A stretch of DNA of 64,000 bases from Armatimonadota bacterium (GCA_037443365.1 JBBIOM010000001.1:91485-155484); one strand, 5' to 3'; positions 30,006-39,959 are shown, counted from the first letter of the stretch. Numbers and translations: made by a program. The notes: generated from the letters alone by a model not told the origin.

Positions 30006-30674
30006 ATGGCCCGCGGTCGGCGGGGCGTTCAGGAGGGCGTATCGCTCGCTGAACTTGTGGTGGCGCTGGGGCTGATGGCCGTGGCGGCGGCAGGCCTGTT
30101 GGGGCTTGTGCGCATGACCGTGCAGGCGGTGGCCCTCATCGGGGACGGGCTCGATGGCCAGCAGGGCGCTCGAAGAGCCCTGGAGAGGATCACCGAAGAG
30201 CTGCGCTGGGGGGAGAGCGTGGTGCCCGATGCCACGTGCGCTCCCACCGGCCTGTGTCAGAACCGTGTGAGTGTGCGCATCCCCGCGGGCAATCCCTACC
30301 GGCGCGCCGAGGCCTACGAGGTCGCGTTTCAGCACAACCCAAGGCAGCGCGAGGTCGAGCGCAGGCTGGGACGCGGGGTCAACAACCTGGCCTCGCGAAT
30401 CGATGCGTTCGAGGTCACCTACCACGACGCACAGGGCGTCCCCACGCCTGACCCCATGGCAGTGGCGCGCGTCCGGATCACGCTCGTGGCCCGGTCGCAG
30501 GCCGGGCGTACGGTGCAGGCGCAGAACACCGTCTCCCTTCGAAACCGGCAGATCCCCTTTGCTCCACCCACGTACGCGCCCGCATGGAGGCCTTCCCCTG
30601 CGGGGTACGGGGATCCACCCGCCCCTGGCCCAGGCGCCCCGCCGGGCCGTCCCGGACCCGGGAACGCGCGCTAG
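30006..30674 (+). CDS. prepilin-type N-terminal cleavage/methylation domain protein (pseudopilin-like)
   Basis: ORF trimmed to MARGRRGVQEG/VSLAELVVALGLMAVAAAGLL. This is a basic leader ending in Gly, Glu at +5, and a hydrophobic helix (class III signal). The C-terminus is Pro/Gly-rich. Confidence 0.6.
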   Translation: MARGRRGVQEGVSLAELVVALGLMAVAAAGLLGLVRMTVQAVALIGDGLDGQQGARRALERITEELRWGESVVPDATCAPTGLCQNRVSVRIPAGNPYRRAEAYEVAFQHNPRQREVERRLGRGVNNLASRIDAFEVTYHDAQGVPTPDPMAVARVRITLVARSQAGRTVQAQNTVSLRNRQIPFAPPTYAPAWRPSPAGYGDPPAPGPGAPPGRPGPGNAR

Positions 30675-30700
30675 CGTTCTTCCAGGCCTCACGACGCAGG

Positions 30701-31834
30701 CTACACGCAGTAGGTGTCGCGCCCGGAAGCGCACGGCGGTCCCGCCGCCACCAGCGCGTGACCGGCGTGCAGATCCATCAGCATCGAGACCCCGGTCTGG
30801 TAGCGGTCGGCCTCGGGCAGCGCCGGGTTGGGATGCCGGCAGATTGACTCCGGCTGGCCGTCGTGATCCCGCAGGATCGCCAGAAGCGCGTCCGATGGGA
30901 TCGGGCCACGGCCGGCGGCCTCCTCCAAGAGCCGCTCTGCGCGCGCGCACCTGTGGAAGGTCGAGCGCCACTCTTCGGTGATCGGCTGCCAGACTCCAAG
31001 CCGGTCGGGGTCCCGGAAGTGATTGGCGTGCGCCAAGGTCCCACGGGCAGGACTCAGCGCGCAGACCCCGTATGGTGCCACCTCCAGGTCAACAACCGTT
31101 CCCTTTCCCGCGCCCTCTGCATGGCCCAGCAGGAAGTTAGCGGAGCAGGCGTGACCTCCCTGTGTAACGGCCCAGAGCGCAGCCTCCAGCGTCGCGCTGC
31201 ACAGCGCCTCCCATGTGCGCAGGTGAAAGGGGCGTCCCGGGCGCGTCCAGTCGTCGTCGGCGGATGTGAGGCCGCTGACAGCAAGGCCGATCCCGGCGCT
31301 GTTCAGCCCGATCTTCCCTCCCGCTATCCCGGCCTCGGTGAAGCACAGCACGCGAAGCCCGTCCGGGCGCGTGACGTGCACGAGCAAGCCCGCAACCCCG
31401 GGTATCCAGTCCCAGTTCTCGCCAATCCAGAGGTGGCCGTCGCCCGAGGCTTCCGGGGCAACCGCCACAAGCGTGCACTCCTGGCCCGGCGCCGACGTCC
31501 CACCCAGCTCTTGCCTCGCCAGCCGCGAGAACTCGCCGTAGAACAGCTCATAGCGCAGGTTCAGCGCGGCTATCTCCAGCACAGGCTGGCCCGCGCCGTC
31601 TGCCAGGCCCTCAACCATCTCCGCGAAGGCAGCGCTCGAGGCGCGCACGCCGGGCCACATCCGCTCTGTTCGCCCCAGCACCTCGTCCCGTGAAAGGCAC
31701 ACCTCGCCGGCGAACCGGCGGAAGTAGAGGTCGAGGTTGTGCGCGACCAGATCGGCGGCGGCCCTCCCGTGGCCCTCCCCGATCTGGCGCGGTCCGCCCG
31801 CCAGCCGGAGCAGCGGCAGCGATGCCTCGCTCAC
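30701..31834 (-). CDS. C45 family peptidase / acyl-CoA:6-APA acyltransferase-like protein
   Basis: 377-aa ORF. The pattern GECTLVAV...GENWDW...HANHF is typical of Ntn-type IAT/C45 proteins. Confidence 0.65.
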   Translation of the reverse strand: MSEASLPLLRLAGGPRQIGEGHGRAAADLVAHNLDLYFRRFAGEVCLSRDEVLGRTERMWPGVRASSAAFAEMVEGLADGAGQPVLEIAALNLRYELFYGEFSRLARQELGGTSAPGQECTLVAVAPEASGDGHLWIGENWDWIPGVAGLLVHVTRPDGLRVLCFTEAGIAGGKIGLNSAGIGLAVSGLTSADDDWTRPGRPFHLRTWEALCSATLEAALWAVTQGGHACSANFLLGHAEGAGKGTVVDLEVAPYGVCALSPARGTLAHANHFRDPDRLGVWQPITEEWRSTFHRCARAERLLEEAAGRGPIPSDALLAILRDHDGQPESICRHPNPALPEADRYQTGVSMLMDLHAGHALVAAGPPCASGRDTYCV

Positions 31835-32853
31835 GGCGCGGCCGGCGGCTCCAGAGCAGCCTCGTAGCTGATCCAGGCCGGCTGTCGGGCAAACCCCAGA
31901 CGCGCGTTGATCGCCAGCATGTCCGCGTTCTGCGACGCGTTCCAGGTGCGTATTTCCAGGTAGCCGTGCCGGCGTCCGTAGGAGATCGTCGCCAGCTTGA
32001 GCCCCATCGCGATGCCGCGCCCCCTGTGCGCGGGGAGCACGCCGGTTATTCCATGGTAGAGGTGGGTCCCCAGGGCGGGCCGCTGCAGGTCGGCCACGCC
32101 CACGTAGGCGCTGTCTGCGACGGCCAGGAAGTGCGCGTCGGGCAGTGCCCTGGACGACTCGACAGCGCTGTAGGCGTACAGGTCGTACGAGATGGGCGTG
32201 TACGGGATCGGCATCGGAATGTCCGCGACCACGGCGTTGTGCAGTTCGTAGGCGCGGCGCAGCGCGGAAGGATCGCGCCGGAGCTCGTCTTGGAGCGTCA
32301 CTATCGCGACGCCTTCTCGCCGCAGGCGGTCGTCGTAGTGCTCAAACGGAGCAGGATCGAACCGTGCCAGTTCGAGCCGGACCTCCCAGGTCCGCATCGT
32401 CTCACGGAACCCCCTCTGGAGCAGGAACCGGATCGCCTCGGGCGCAGTCTCGCGGGCCGACGATTCGAGCACTCGGGCGCCCTGCGCCGCCAGCAGGTGG
32501 CGTGCGTGGGCGTAGAGCGCGGAGCCGACTCCCTGATTCCGCCAGGCGGGGTCGGTGTAGACGCCCACGCGGTAGCGCGCGGGATCGAACTGCCCTGGCA
32601 TGTGGTGGGCGTGCGAGTACCCGACAACCAGCCCCGAGGGGATCTGCGCGACCACCAGGTGGGACGCGTAGCCCCCCTCCCGCAGGCGCGCCTCGAACTC
32701 CCGGAACTCCTCCAGTGTGTCGCGGTACTCCGGGTAGACCGCGTTGTGGATCTCCAGGATCCGCGCCTCGTCGGTGTCCTGGCAGGCGCGCACAACAAGC
32801 GGCGTCACGATCCGGGGGCGGTCCCCACGCGCGTCCTGGCTAGGCGAGCCCAT
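31831..32853 (-). CDS. GNAT family N-acetyltransferase (tandem GNAT domains)
   Basis: 340-aa ORF with two acetyl-CoA binding-like motifs (WRNQGVGSALY and HRGRGIAMGLK). Overlaps the C45 gene start by 4 nt. Confidence 0.7.
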   Translation of the reverse strand: MGSPSQDARGDRPRIVTPLVVRACQDTDEARILEIHNAVYPEYRDTLEEFREFEARLREGGYASHLVVAQIPSGLVVGYSHAHHMPGQFDPARYRVGVYTDPAWRNQGVGSALYAHARHLLAAQGARVLESSARETAPEAIRFLLQRGFRETMRTWEVRLELARFDPAPFEHYDDRLRREGVAIVTLQDELRRDPSALRRAYELHNAVVADIPMPIPYTPISYDLYAYSAVESSRALPDAHFLAVADSAYVGVADLQRPALGTHLYHGITGVLPAHRGRGIAMGLKLATISYGRRHGYLEIRTWNASQNADMLAINARLGFARQPAWISYEAALEPPAAP

Positions 32854-34180
32854 GCTTCTTCACGAATCCGTCCAGCACGTCCGCGAGATCGGGGTGGCCG
32901 ATCTCCTCCAGCCGATAGCGCACGCGTGTCGAGGGCCTGTTGATCCTGATGATGCGGCCCAGATTGACGGGCGTTCCGATGACCACCGCGTCGCATTCGG
33001 TCCGGTTGATCGTGGCTTCCAGATCCCGGAGCATCGCCTCTCCGTAGCCCATGGCCGGCAGCAGGGCGCCGATCTCGGGGTAGGCCTGGAAGGCGTCTAT
33101 GAGGGTCCCTGTGATGTACGGGCGTGGATCCACGAGCTCGGCGGCGCCGAACCTCCTGGCCGCGACGACGCCCGCGCCCATCTTCATCTGGCCGTGCGTC
33201 AGGGTTGGGCCGTCCTCGATCACGAGCACCCTCTTGCCCCGGATCACCGAGGGGTCGTCCACCTCAACCGGCGAGGCCGCGTGGATGACAACCGCCTTCG
33301 GGCACACCGCGGCGATGTTGCGGCGCACTGTCGCCAGCCCTTCCTGGCCGGCGCTGTCCACCTTGTTGATTACCACCACGTCGGCCATCCTGAGGGTGAC
33401 CGCCCCGGGCCAGTAGCTGGTCTCGTGCCCCGGCCGCAAGGGATCAACGACCGTAATCTGGAGATCGGGCCGGTAGAATGAGAAATCGTTGTTGCCGCCG
33501 TCCCAGAGGATCACGTCACAGCCCCTGGGATCGTCCTCGGCGGCCCGAAGCACGGCCTCGCAGTCCACCCCAGAGTAGATCACGTTGCCGCGCTCGAGGT
33601 GGGGCTCGTATTCCTCCATCTCCTCCAGCGTGCACCTGTGCTTGTGGAGGTCGGCGGGCTCGGCGAACCGCTGCACCTTCTGGGCGACGAGATCGCCATA
33701 GGGCATGGGGTGGCGGACGGCCACCACGCGCAGTCCCCAGGCCATCAGCAGCTCGATGATCCGCCGCGATGTCTGGCTCTTGCCGGCCCCGGTGCGCACC
33801 GCGCACACCGCGATCACCGGCCGCTTGCTCCTGATCTGGGTATCCCTGGGCCCCAGCATCACGAAGTTGGCCCCTGCCGCCTGTACTATCGCGGCAACGG
33901 TCAGGACGTGCTGGAAGGAGACGTCGCTGTAGGAGAAGACGCAGTCGTCCACCTCGAGATCCCGGATCAGCGAGGGGAGGGCCTCCTCCGGGTAAACGGG
34001 AATGCCGTCCGGATACAGCTGGCCTGCGAGTTCCGGGGGGTACTTCCTGCCTTCGATGTTCGGGATCTGGGCCGCGGTGAAGGCCACAACCCTGTAGTCC
34101 CTGTTCTCCCTGAAGAAGGTGTTGAAGTTGTGGAAGTCCCTCCCCGCCGCGCCAATGACGATCACGTTTCTCCTGGCCAT
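32840..34180 (-). CDS. P-loop protein of the COG2403 / cyclic 2,3-diphosphoglycerate synthetase-like family
   Basis: 446-aa ORF with N-terminus VIVIGAAGRDFHNFN and a Walker A motif VRTGAGKSQTS. Family assignment is from remembered sequence patterns, not a search. Confidence 0.55.
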   Translation of the reverse strand: MARRNVIVIGAAGRDFHNFNTFFRENRDYRVVAFTAAQIPNIEGRKYPPELAGQLYPDGIPVYPEEALPSLIRDLEVDDCVFSYSDVSFQHVLTVAAIVQAAGANFVMLGPRDTQIRSKRPVIAVCAVRTGAGKSQTSRRIIELLMAWGLRVVAVRHPMPYGDLVAQKVQRFAEPADLHKHRCTLEEMEEYEPHLERGNVIYSGVDCEAVLRAAEDDPRGCDVILWDGGNNDFSFYRPDLQITVVDPLRPGHETSYWPGAVTLRMADVVVINKVDSAGQEGLATVRRNIAAVCPKAVVIHAASPVEVDDPSVIRGKRVLVIEDGPTLTHGQMKMGAGVVAARRFGAAELVDPRPYITGTLIDAFQAYPEIGALLPAMGYGEAMLRDLEATINRTECDAVVIGTPVNLGRIIRINRPSTRVRYRLEEIGHPDLADVLDGFVKKHGLA

Positions 34181-34188
34181 CCGAAGGG

Positions 34189-35190
34189 CTAGCTCCCCAG
34201 GGTGGCCACCATCACGGCCTTGATCGTGTGCACCCTGTTCTCGGCCTCGTCGAACACGACCGAGGCGCCGGATTCAAAGACCTCATCCGTCACCTCCATG
34301 GCCTCGAGACCGAACTTCTGGTAGATCTCCTCGCCGATCTTGGTTTCGCGATTGTGGAAGGAGGGCAGGCAATGCAGGAACTTCACGTTTGGGTTGCCGC
34401 TCTTCTGCATGACGGCCCGGTTGACCTGGTAGGGGGCAAGCAGCTTGATGCGCTCCCCCCAGACCTCCGGCGGCTCGCCCATCGAGACCCAGACGTCCGT
34501 CGCGATGAAGTCGCACCCCCGCACCCCCTCGTCCACGTCCTCGGTGAGGGTGATCCTGGCGCCTGTCTCCCTTGCGATCTCGCGCGCCTGCTCCACAAGA
34601 GCCGGGCTCTGCTGAAGGCTGCGGGGCGCCACGGACCGGAAGTCCATGCCCATCTTGGCAGCCCCCACCAGGTACGAGTTGCCCATGTTGAACCGCGCGT
34701 CGCCCAGATACGCGAACGCGATCTGGCTCAACGGCTTATCGCTGTGCTCCATCATGGTCAGCAGATCGGCCAGGATCTGCGTGGGGTGGAACTCGTTGGT
34801 TAGGCCGTTCCAGACCGGCACGCCGGCGTGCCTGGCCAGGTCCTCCACGATCTGCTGGGAGAACCCCCTGTACTCGATCCCATCGTACATCCGACCAAGG
34901 ACCCGGGCCGTATCCTTGATTGACTCCTTGGACCCCATCTGTGAACCCGTGGGCTCGAGGTAGGTGACGCGCGCGCCCTGATCGTAGGCGGCGGTCTCGA
35001 AGGCGCACCGGGTTCGAGTGGAGGCCTTCTCGAAGATCAGCACGATGTTCTTGCCGCGCAGGCGCTGCTGCTCGGTCCCGGCGTAGCGGGCCTTCTTCAA
35101 GTCCGCCGAAAGGTCCAGCAGGAATCTGAGCTCCTGGGGCGTGAAGTCGAGCTCCTTCAGGAAGCTCCTGTTCCTCAGGTTGAAGGGCAT
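34189..35190 (-). CDS. argF: ornithine carbamoyltransferase
   Basis: 333-aa ORF with carbamoyl-phosphate site [17 protein letters not shown], the ornithine site DVWVSMGE, and HCLPSFH. Confidence 0.9.
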   Translation of the reverse strand: MPFNLRNRSFLKELDFTPQELRFLLDLSADLKKARYAGTEQQRLRGKNIVLIFEKASTRTRCAFETAAYDQGARVTYLEPTGSQMGSKESIKDTARVLGRMYDGIEYRGFSQQIVEDLARHAGVPVWNGLTNEFHPTQILADLLTMMEHSDKPLSQIAFAYLGDARFNMGNSYLVGAAKMGMDFRSVAPRSLQQSPALVEQAREIARETGARITLTEDVDEGVRGCDFIATDVWVSMGEPPEVWGERIKLLAPYQVNRAVMQKSGNPNVKFLHCLPSFHNRETKIGEEIYQKFGLEAMEVTDEVFESGASVVFDEAENRVHTIKAVMVATLGS

Positions 35191-35354
35191 GTCCAGACCT
35201 CCTTCGGGTGACCGCGGGCCGACGCGCCGCAGGAAGCCATGTTTCGACGGCGCCTACTGCCCTCCTCCTCTGGCTGTCCTTGCCGCGGACGTTTTCACTG
35301 AACGCCTACGGGGTGACAGAATCACAGAACGTTCACAAGAGCCACTACGGCGGA

Positions 35355-35383
35355 TTGACGATGGCGCCCGGGCGTGCTATCTT
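35355..35383 (+). promoter_or_regulatory. candidate sigma-70 type promoter (TTGACG-17-TATCTT)
   Basis: TTGACG at 35355..35360, a 17-nt spacer, then TATCTT at 35378..35383. It lies in the lower-GC gap between divergent argF and the amidohydrolase gene. Confidence 0.4.
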
Positions 35384-35563
35384 CCTCAACGAACGTACTC
35401 CTTTAAGGAGCCGTCCTGCGAGACGGACAAGGAGGATGCGATGACAGACGGCACCCTACCGCGCCCGCCGCTAGAGCGGCGGGCGTTTCGCTGTCCCCGG
35501 GCGGGGACGGTACCCCGGCAACTCCCAAGAACGCTAAGTGCCCCAGACGAAGACTAAGGGAGA

Positions 35564-36772
35564 GTGGCGCCGACCATGGACACCCACACGGACAGGGTAG
35601 AGCACGGCAACTGGGACAGGGCGCTCGAGCAGGCCGCCCGCGCATTCGGCGGCTGGCTCAATGCGCACACGCACCTTGACCGGGCCAACACCTTCGCGCC
35701 CGAGTTCCTGCAGCATGCCAACATCGATCCGATGGGCGCGGCGGGCCTCTCGCTCCCGGTCAAGCAGATCCTGGTGGGCGAGCTGCACAAGGGCCTCGCC
35801 TACCAGCCCGAGAGCCTCTATGCCCGCATGCGGGCCGAGCTGGAGCGCATGGAGGCAATGCACACGCGCGAGGTCATCTCGTTCGTGGACGCCACCCCGG
35901 ACATCGGGCTGGTGGCCATCGAGCAGGCGGCGCGGCTGCGCGAGGAGTTCCGGGGCCGGCTTGCGCTCCGGATCGCGGTTTCGCCGATATTCGGCTTCAA
36001 GAACCCCAGGACCAACCCGGACCGTTGGGACGTGTACAGGCAGGCGGCCGAGATCGCCGACGTGCTGGGCGGGCTGCCCTCTCGGGACCGCGCGGAGGGC
36101 CGCGTGGGCTTCGACGGACACGTCCGAATGGTCCTGGAGCTCGGAAAGGCGCTGCGCAAGCCCGTGCACTTCCAGGTGGACCAGGACAACGATCCGAGGG
36201 AATCCGAGACCGAGCAGCTCGTGCAGGCGGTGAGGTGGCTGGGATCGCCCGCGGCGGACGGGGAGAACGGTCCCACGGTATGGGCCGTACACGCCATCTC
36301 GCCATCGTGCTACGAGGAGGGCCGCTTCCAGCGCCTGGTGGAGGACCTGCTGGCCCACCGCGTGGGCGTCATCTCCTGTCCGACGGCGGCGCTGTCCATG
36401 TTCCAGCTCCGCCCCATGGTGGCGCCGCTGCACAACTCCGTGGCGCGGCTGCTGGACATGATGGCCGCCGGCGTGCCCGTGCGCATCGGAACGGATAACA
36501 TCTGCGACATCTTCATCCCCAACGGCGACGGCAGCGCGCGCAGCGAGCTGTGGGTGGCGGCCTCTGCGCTGCGGTTCTATCACACGGTGGTCTGGGCGAA
36601 GATCGGGGCCGGTGTGGCCCTTAACGAGGGCGACCGCGAGTGGATCCGGCAGGCCCTGGCGAGGGCGCGCGACACCTGGTCCACGGTGCGGGCGACGCTC
36701 GCAACAGCGGCGTCAGACGGCAACCGCCGGGACCACGCCGAGGACAGAACGCACCTGGCCGCGGCGCGGTAG
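35564..36772 (+). CDS. amidohydrolase family protein (cytosine deaminase-like)
   Basis: 402-aa ORF with metal-ligand motif NAHTHLD and the later HFQVDQ and AVHAIS segments. The start may be ATG 35576 rather than GTG 35564. Confidence 0.6.
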   Translation: MAPTMDTHTDRVEHGNWDRALEQAARAFGGWLNAHTHLDRANTFAPEFLQHANIDPMGAAGLSLPVKQILVGELHKGLAYQPESLYARMRAELERMEAMHTREVISFVDATPDIGLVAIEQAARLREEFRGRLALRIAVSPIFGFKNPRTNPDRWDVYRQAAEIADVLGGLPSRDRAEGRVGFDGHVRMVLELGKALRKPVHFQVDQDNDPRESETEQLVQAVRWLGSPAADGENGPTVWAVHAISPSCYEEGRFQRLVEDLLAHRVGVISCPTAALSMFQLRPMVAPLHNSVARLLDMMAAGVPVRIGTDNICDIFIPNGDGSARSELWVAASALRFYHTVVWAKIGAGVALNEGDREWIRQALARARDTWSTVRATLATAASDGNRRDHAEDRTHLAAAR

Positions 36773-36903
36773 CCTCACGGAGGAATCAGCGCGCGCAGAC
36801 CTGAAGTGTATCGGTTGGCGGGCAGCGGCGGCGTGCTCCGAACGCCGTGCCTGACTGGGAGCCATCGCCGTCGCGCCAAGTCATCTGCGAGGAGGTTCCA
36901 GCC

Positions 36904-38184
36904 GTGAGGAAGGTCTGGACTGCGATAGCCGTCGCCGCCGCGGTCCTTGCGATGCCGGCCGCCGGCGCAGGGCAACCGCGAGTGACAATCACCTACTGGC
37001 AGTACTTCTTCGAGAGCAAGGTCAAGCTCGTTGACCAGCTCATAACCCAGTTCGAGGCCCAGTTCCCAAACATCAAGGTGGCGCACGAGCACTTCCCCTA
37101 CGACGCCTACAACCAGAAGGTGGCCAGCGCCGTCCCGGCCGGCACAGGGCCGGACGTGGTGAACCTGTTCTACGGGTGGGTGCCGCTCTACGTGGACAGC
37201 GGCTACCTGCAGCCGCTGCCGGTCGAGGCGTTCCCGCCTGTGCAGCTCGAGCGCGACTACATCCCGATGATCAGGGGGTCGAAGCTGGACGGCAAGTACT
37301 GGGCGATCCCCACGGCCGTGCGCAGCCTGGCACTGTTCTACAACGCCGATCTGTTCCGCGCGGCCAATGTGGTGCGGCCGCCGGTCACCTGGGATGAGTT
37401 TCAGGCCGCCGCCGAGCGCATGACCGCGCGCGACGACCGCGGCCGGATCACGACGATGGGCTTCGGGATCGCGCCTTCCGGGCAGGACCATCACCTGCTG
37501 CGCGAGGTGCTGTTCCGGCAGTGGGGAGCGTCGCCGTACAGCTCGAACAACCAGCGCGTGACATACGCGACGGACGCCGGCGCCGAGGCCCTGCGCTGGT
37601 ACACCGACCTGATCACCAAGTCCAAGGTCGGCGCCATCGACTTCTTCCCGGGCGCCGGGGGATACCGCAACGCCTTCATGGCGGGCAGGGCGGGCATGAT
37701 CGTTGACGGCTCCTTTGCCATCGCCGCGATCCGGCGCGGGACGCGGGCCGCCTGGGGAGTTGCGCCGCTGCCCGGGCGCACGGTGGGCGGCGCGCCTTCC
37801 AACTTCGGCTCCTACTGGGTGCACGGCCTGACGAAGCGGGCGCAGGGACCTCGCCGCGATGCCGCGATCCAGTTCCTCAAGTTCCTGGTCTCGGAGCAGA
37901 CGCAGCGGTTGTGGCTGGACGCGGTGGGCGAACTCCCGGCGTACAAGCGCCTGGTCGACGACCCGCGACTCGTCGCCGATCCGGTCTTTGGCCCGTTCGT
38001 CTCGGCGCTCCCTCACGCGCGCGCCACGTTCTTCGTGGATGAGGCCGCGCAGCGGCAGGTGCTGGTGGACGCGGTCAACGAGGTGGTGCTGAACAACAGG
38101 CCGCCCAGGCAGGCACTCGAGGAGGCAGCGGCCAAGGAGCAAAAGGTACTCGACGAGTTCTGGGCCAAGCGCAAGCGCCCGTAG
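36904..38184 (+). CDS. sugar ABC transporter substrate-binding protein
   Basis: ORF trimmed to GTG 36904 (VRKVWTAIAVAAAVLAMPAAGAG signal) with GAGGAGG upstream. It has family-1 solute-binding protein features. Confidence 0.8.
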   Translation: MRKVWTAIAVAAAVLAMPAAGAGQPRVTITYWQYFFESKVKLVDQLITQFEAQFPNIKVAHEHFPYDAYNQKVASAVPAGTGPDVVNLFYGWVPLYVDSGYLQPLPVEAFPPVQLERDYIPMIRGSKLDGKYWAIPTAVRSLALFYNADLFRAANVVRPPVTWDEFQAAAERMTARDDRGRITTMGFGIAPSGQDHHLLREVLFRQWGASPYSSNNQRVTYATDAGAEALRWYTDLITKSKVGAIDFFPGAGGYRNAFMAGRAGMIVDGSFAIAAIRRGTRAAWGVAPLPGRTVGGAPSNFGSYWVHGLTKRAQGPRRDAAIQFLKFLVSEQTQRLWLDAVGELPAYKRLVDDPRLVADPVFGPFVSALPHARATFFVDEAAQRQVLVDAVNEVVLNNRPPRQALEEAAAKEQKVLDEFWAKRKRP

Positions 38185-38205
38185 GGTGGCCCTCGGGCGG
38201 GCGGG

Positions 38206-39132
38206 ATGACATCCGGGGTCGCCGCGGCGAGTCCTGCGCGACGCGGGTTGCGCATAGGGCAGCAGAGGGCGCTGTGGGGCTACGCGTTCCTGGCGATCCC
38301 CCTGCTGTTCTTCGCGACCATCCGGGTGCTGCCGGCCTTCTCCTCGCTGTACATCAGCGTCCACGAGTGGAACATCATCTCGCCCAACCGCCCGTACGTG
38401 GGCCTGGCCAACTTCCACGCGCTGGCCGCCGACCCCCGGTTCCTGCGCGCCGCAATCAACACCGTTCGCTATGTCCTTGTTGGTATCCCGGCGCAGATGA
38501 TCCTGGGGCTGGGCCTCGCGTTGCTGCTCCGGCGCATCGTCAGGCTTCGCGGGCTGTACCGGGCGCTATACTTCATGCCGTTCATCACGCCCATCGTGGC
38601 TGCCAGCTGGGTGTGGCAGTGGATGTACTCGCAGCACCTCGGTCCCCTCAACAGGATCCTGCAGGCCGCAGGCATCCCGGCCCAGGGGTTCCTGCGCGAT
38701 CCTGACCAGGCCCTCTACGCCGTAACGGCCATGGTCGTCTGGCAGTACTTGGGGTTCCAGGTGGTTATCTTCCTGGCCGGGCTCGAGGCCATACCGCGCG
38801 TCTACTACGAGGCCGCCGAGGTGGACGGGGCCACCGGAGGGCAGCTCTTCTGGCGAATCACGCTGCCGCTGCTGAATCCGACCCTCGTCTTTTCCATCGT
38901 CTACAGCACGATCGTCTACCTGCAGCTCTTCACCCAGGTGCTCAACATGACGTTCCAGGACCAGGGCGGTCCCCTCGCCAGCACGCTCACGCTGGTCCTC
39001 TACGTCTATCACCTAGGGTTCCACCGCTTCAGGATGGGCGAGGCCGCCGCCGCGACCGCGGTCCTGTTCGTGGTAATCCTGACGATCACGCTGCTGCAGA
39101 TGAAGTTCCTGAGCAGGCCGGTGGAGTACTGA
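38206..39132 (+). CDS. carbohydrate ABC transporter permease
   Basis: 308-aa ORF with a MalF/UgpA-type EAA loop (YEAAEVDGATGGQLFWRITLPLL). Confidence 0.85.
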   Translation: MTSGVAAASPARRGLRIGQQRALWGYAFLAIPLLFFATIRVLPAFSSLYISVHEWNIISPNRPYVGLANFHALAADPRFLRAAINTVRYVLVGIPAQMILGLGLALLLRRIVRLRGLYRALYFMPFITPIVAASWVWQWMYSQHLGPLNRILQAAGIPAQGFLRDPDQALYAVTAMVVWQYLGFQVVIFLAGLEAIPRVYYEAAEVDGATGGQLFWRITLPLLNPTLVFSIVYSTIVYLQLFTQVLNMTFQDQGGPLASTLTLVLYVYHLGFHRFRMGEAAAATAVLFVVILTITLLQMKFLSRPVEY

Positions 39133-39959
39133 TGGGCGCCCGCGCGCGGATCGATCCGAGAACCGCGGCCGGCTACCTCATCCTGACCGCGGGTGGCCTG
39201 GTTGTCGCGTTCCCCTTCCTGTGGATGGTCGCGAGCTCCCTGAAGCCGCTGGCGGAGATATTCGACGTGCGCTTCCTCCCGGTGGAGCCCACGCTGGAGA
39301 ACTACACGGAGGTGCTCACTCGCACGCAGTTCCCGCGCTGGTTCGCCAACAGCCTGATCATTGCGGCCATCACCACGGCGAGCGTGGCCTTCTTCGATTC
39401 GCTCGTCGGCTACGCCCTGGCCAAGTTGCGCTTTCCCGGCCGCGACCTGATCTTCGTGCTGATCCTGGCCACGCTGATGATCCCCACGGAGATGCTGGTG
39501 ATACCCTGGTACATCATGTCCAGCGCCAACGGGTGGATCAACACCTATTGGGGCATCATGTTCCCGGGATTGATCACCGCCTTCGGCATCTTCCTGATAC
39601 GGCAGTTCATGTCGGGCGTGCCCGACGAGCTGCTGGATGCCGGGCGCATGGACGGTGTCGGCGAGTTCGGGCTCTTCTGGCGAATCGCGCTGCCGCAGAT
39701 CAAGCCGGCGGTGGCGGCGCTGTGCATCTTCACCTTCCTGGGGAACTGGAACGCGTTCCTGTGGCCCATGATCGTGATTCAGACGCCCAACATGCGCACG
39801 CTCCCGGTCGGGCTCGCGCTCTTCTCGGGTGAAGCCGGCTCGTCATGGAACCTGATCATGGCGGGGTCGGCGCTGGCGATAATCCCGGTCCTGATCGTGT
39901 TCGTCGTGCTGCAGCGCCAGATCATCGAGGGCATCGTCCTGACAGGGCTTCGCAGCTGA
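39132..39959 (+). CDS. carbohydrate ABC transporter permease
   Basis: 275-aa ORF with a MalG/UgpE-type EAA loop (LDAGRMDGVGEFGLFWRIALPQIKP). Confidence 0.85.
   Translation: MGARARIDPRTAAGYLILTAGGLVVAFPFLWMVASSLKPLAEIFDVRFLPVEPTLENYTEVLTRTQFPRWFANSLIIAAITTASVAFFDSLVGYALAKLRFPGRDLIFVLILATLMIPTEMLVIPWYIMSSANGWINTYWGIMFPGLITAFGIFLIRQFMSGVPDELLDAGRMDGVGEFGLFWRIALPQIKPAVAALCIFTFLGNWNAFLWPMIVIQTPNMRTLPVGLALFSGEAGSSWNLIMAGSALAIIPVLIVFVVLQRQIIEGIVLTGLRS

Noticed and set aside
36775-38418. 547-aa minus-strand ORF, and the similar one at 35534..36583
   Set aside because: They are antisense to the sugar-binding protein and the amidohydrolase genes, and have no recognisable domains.
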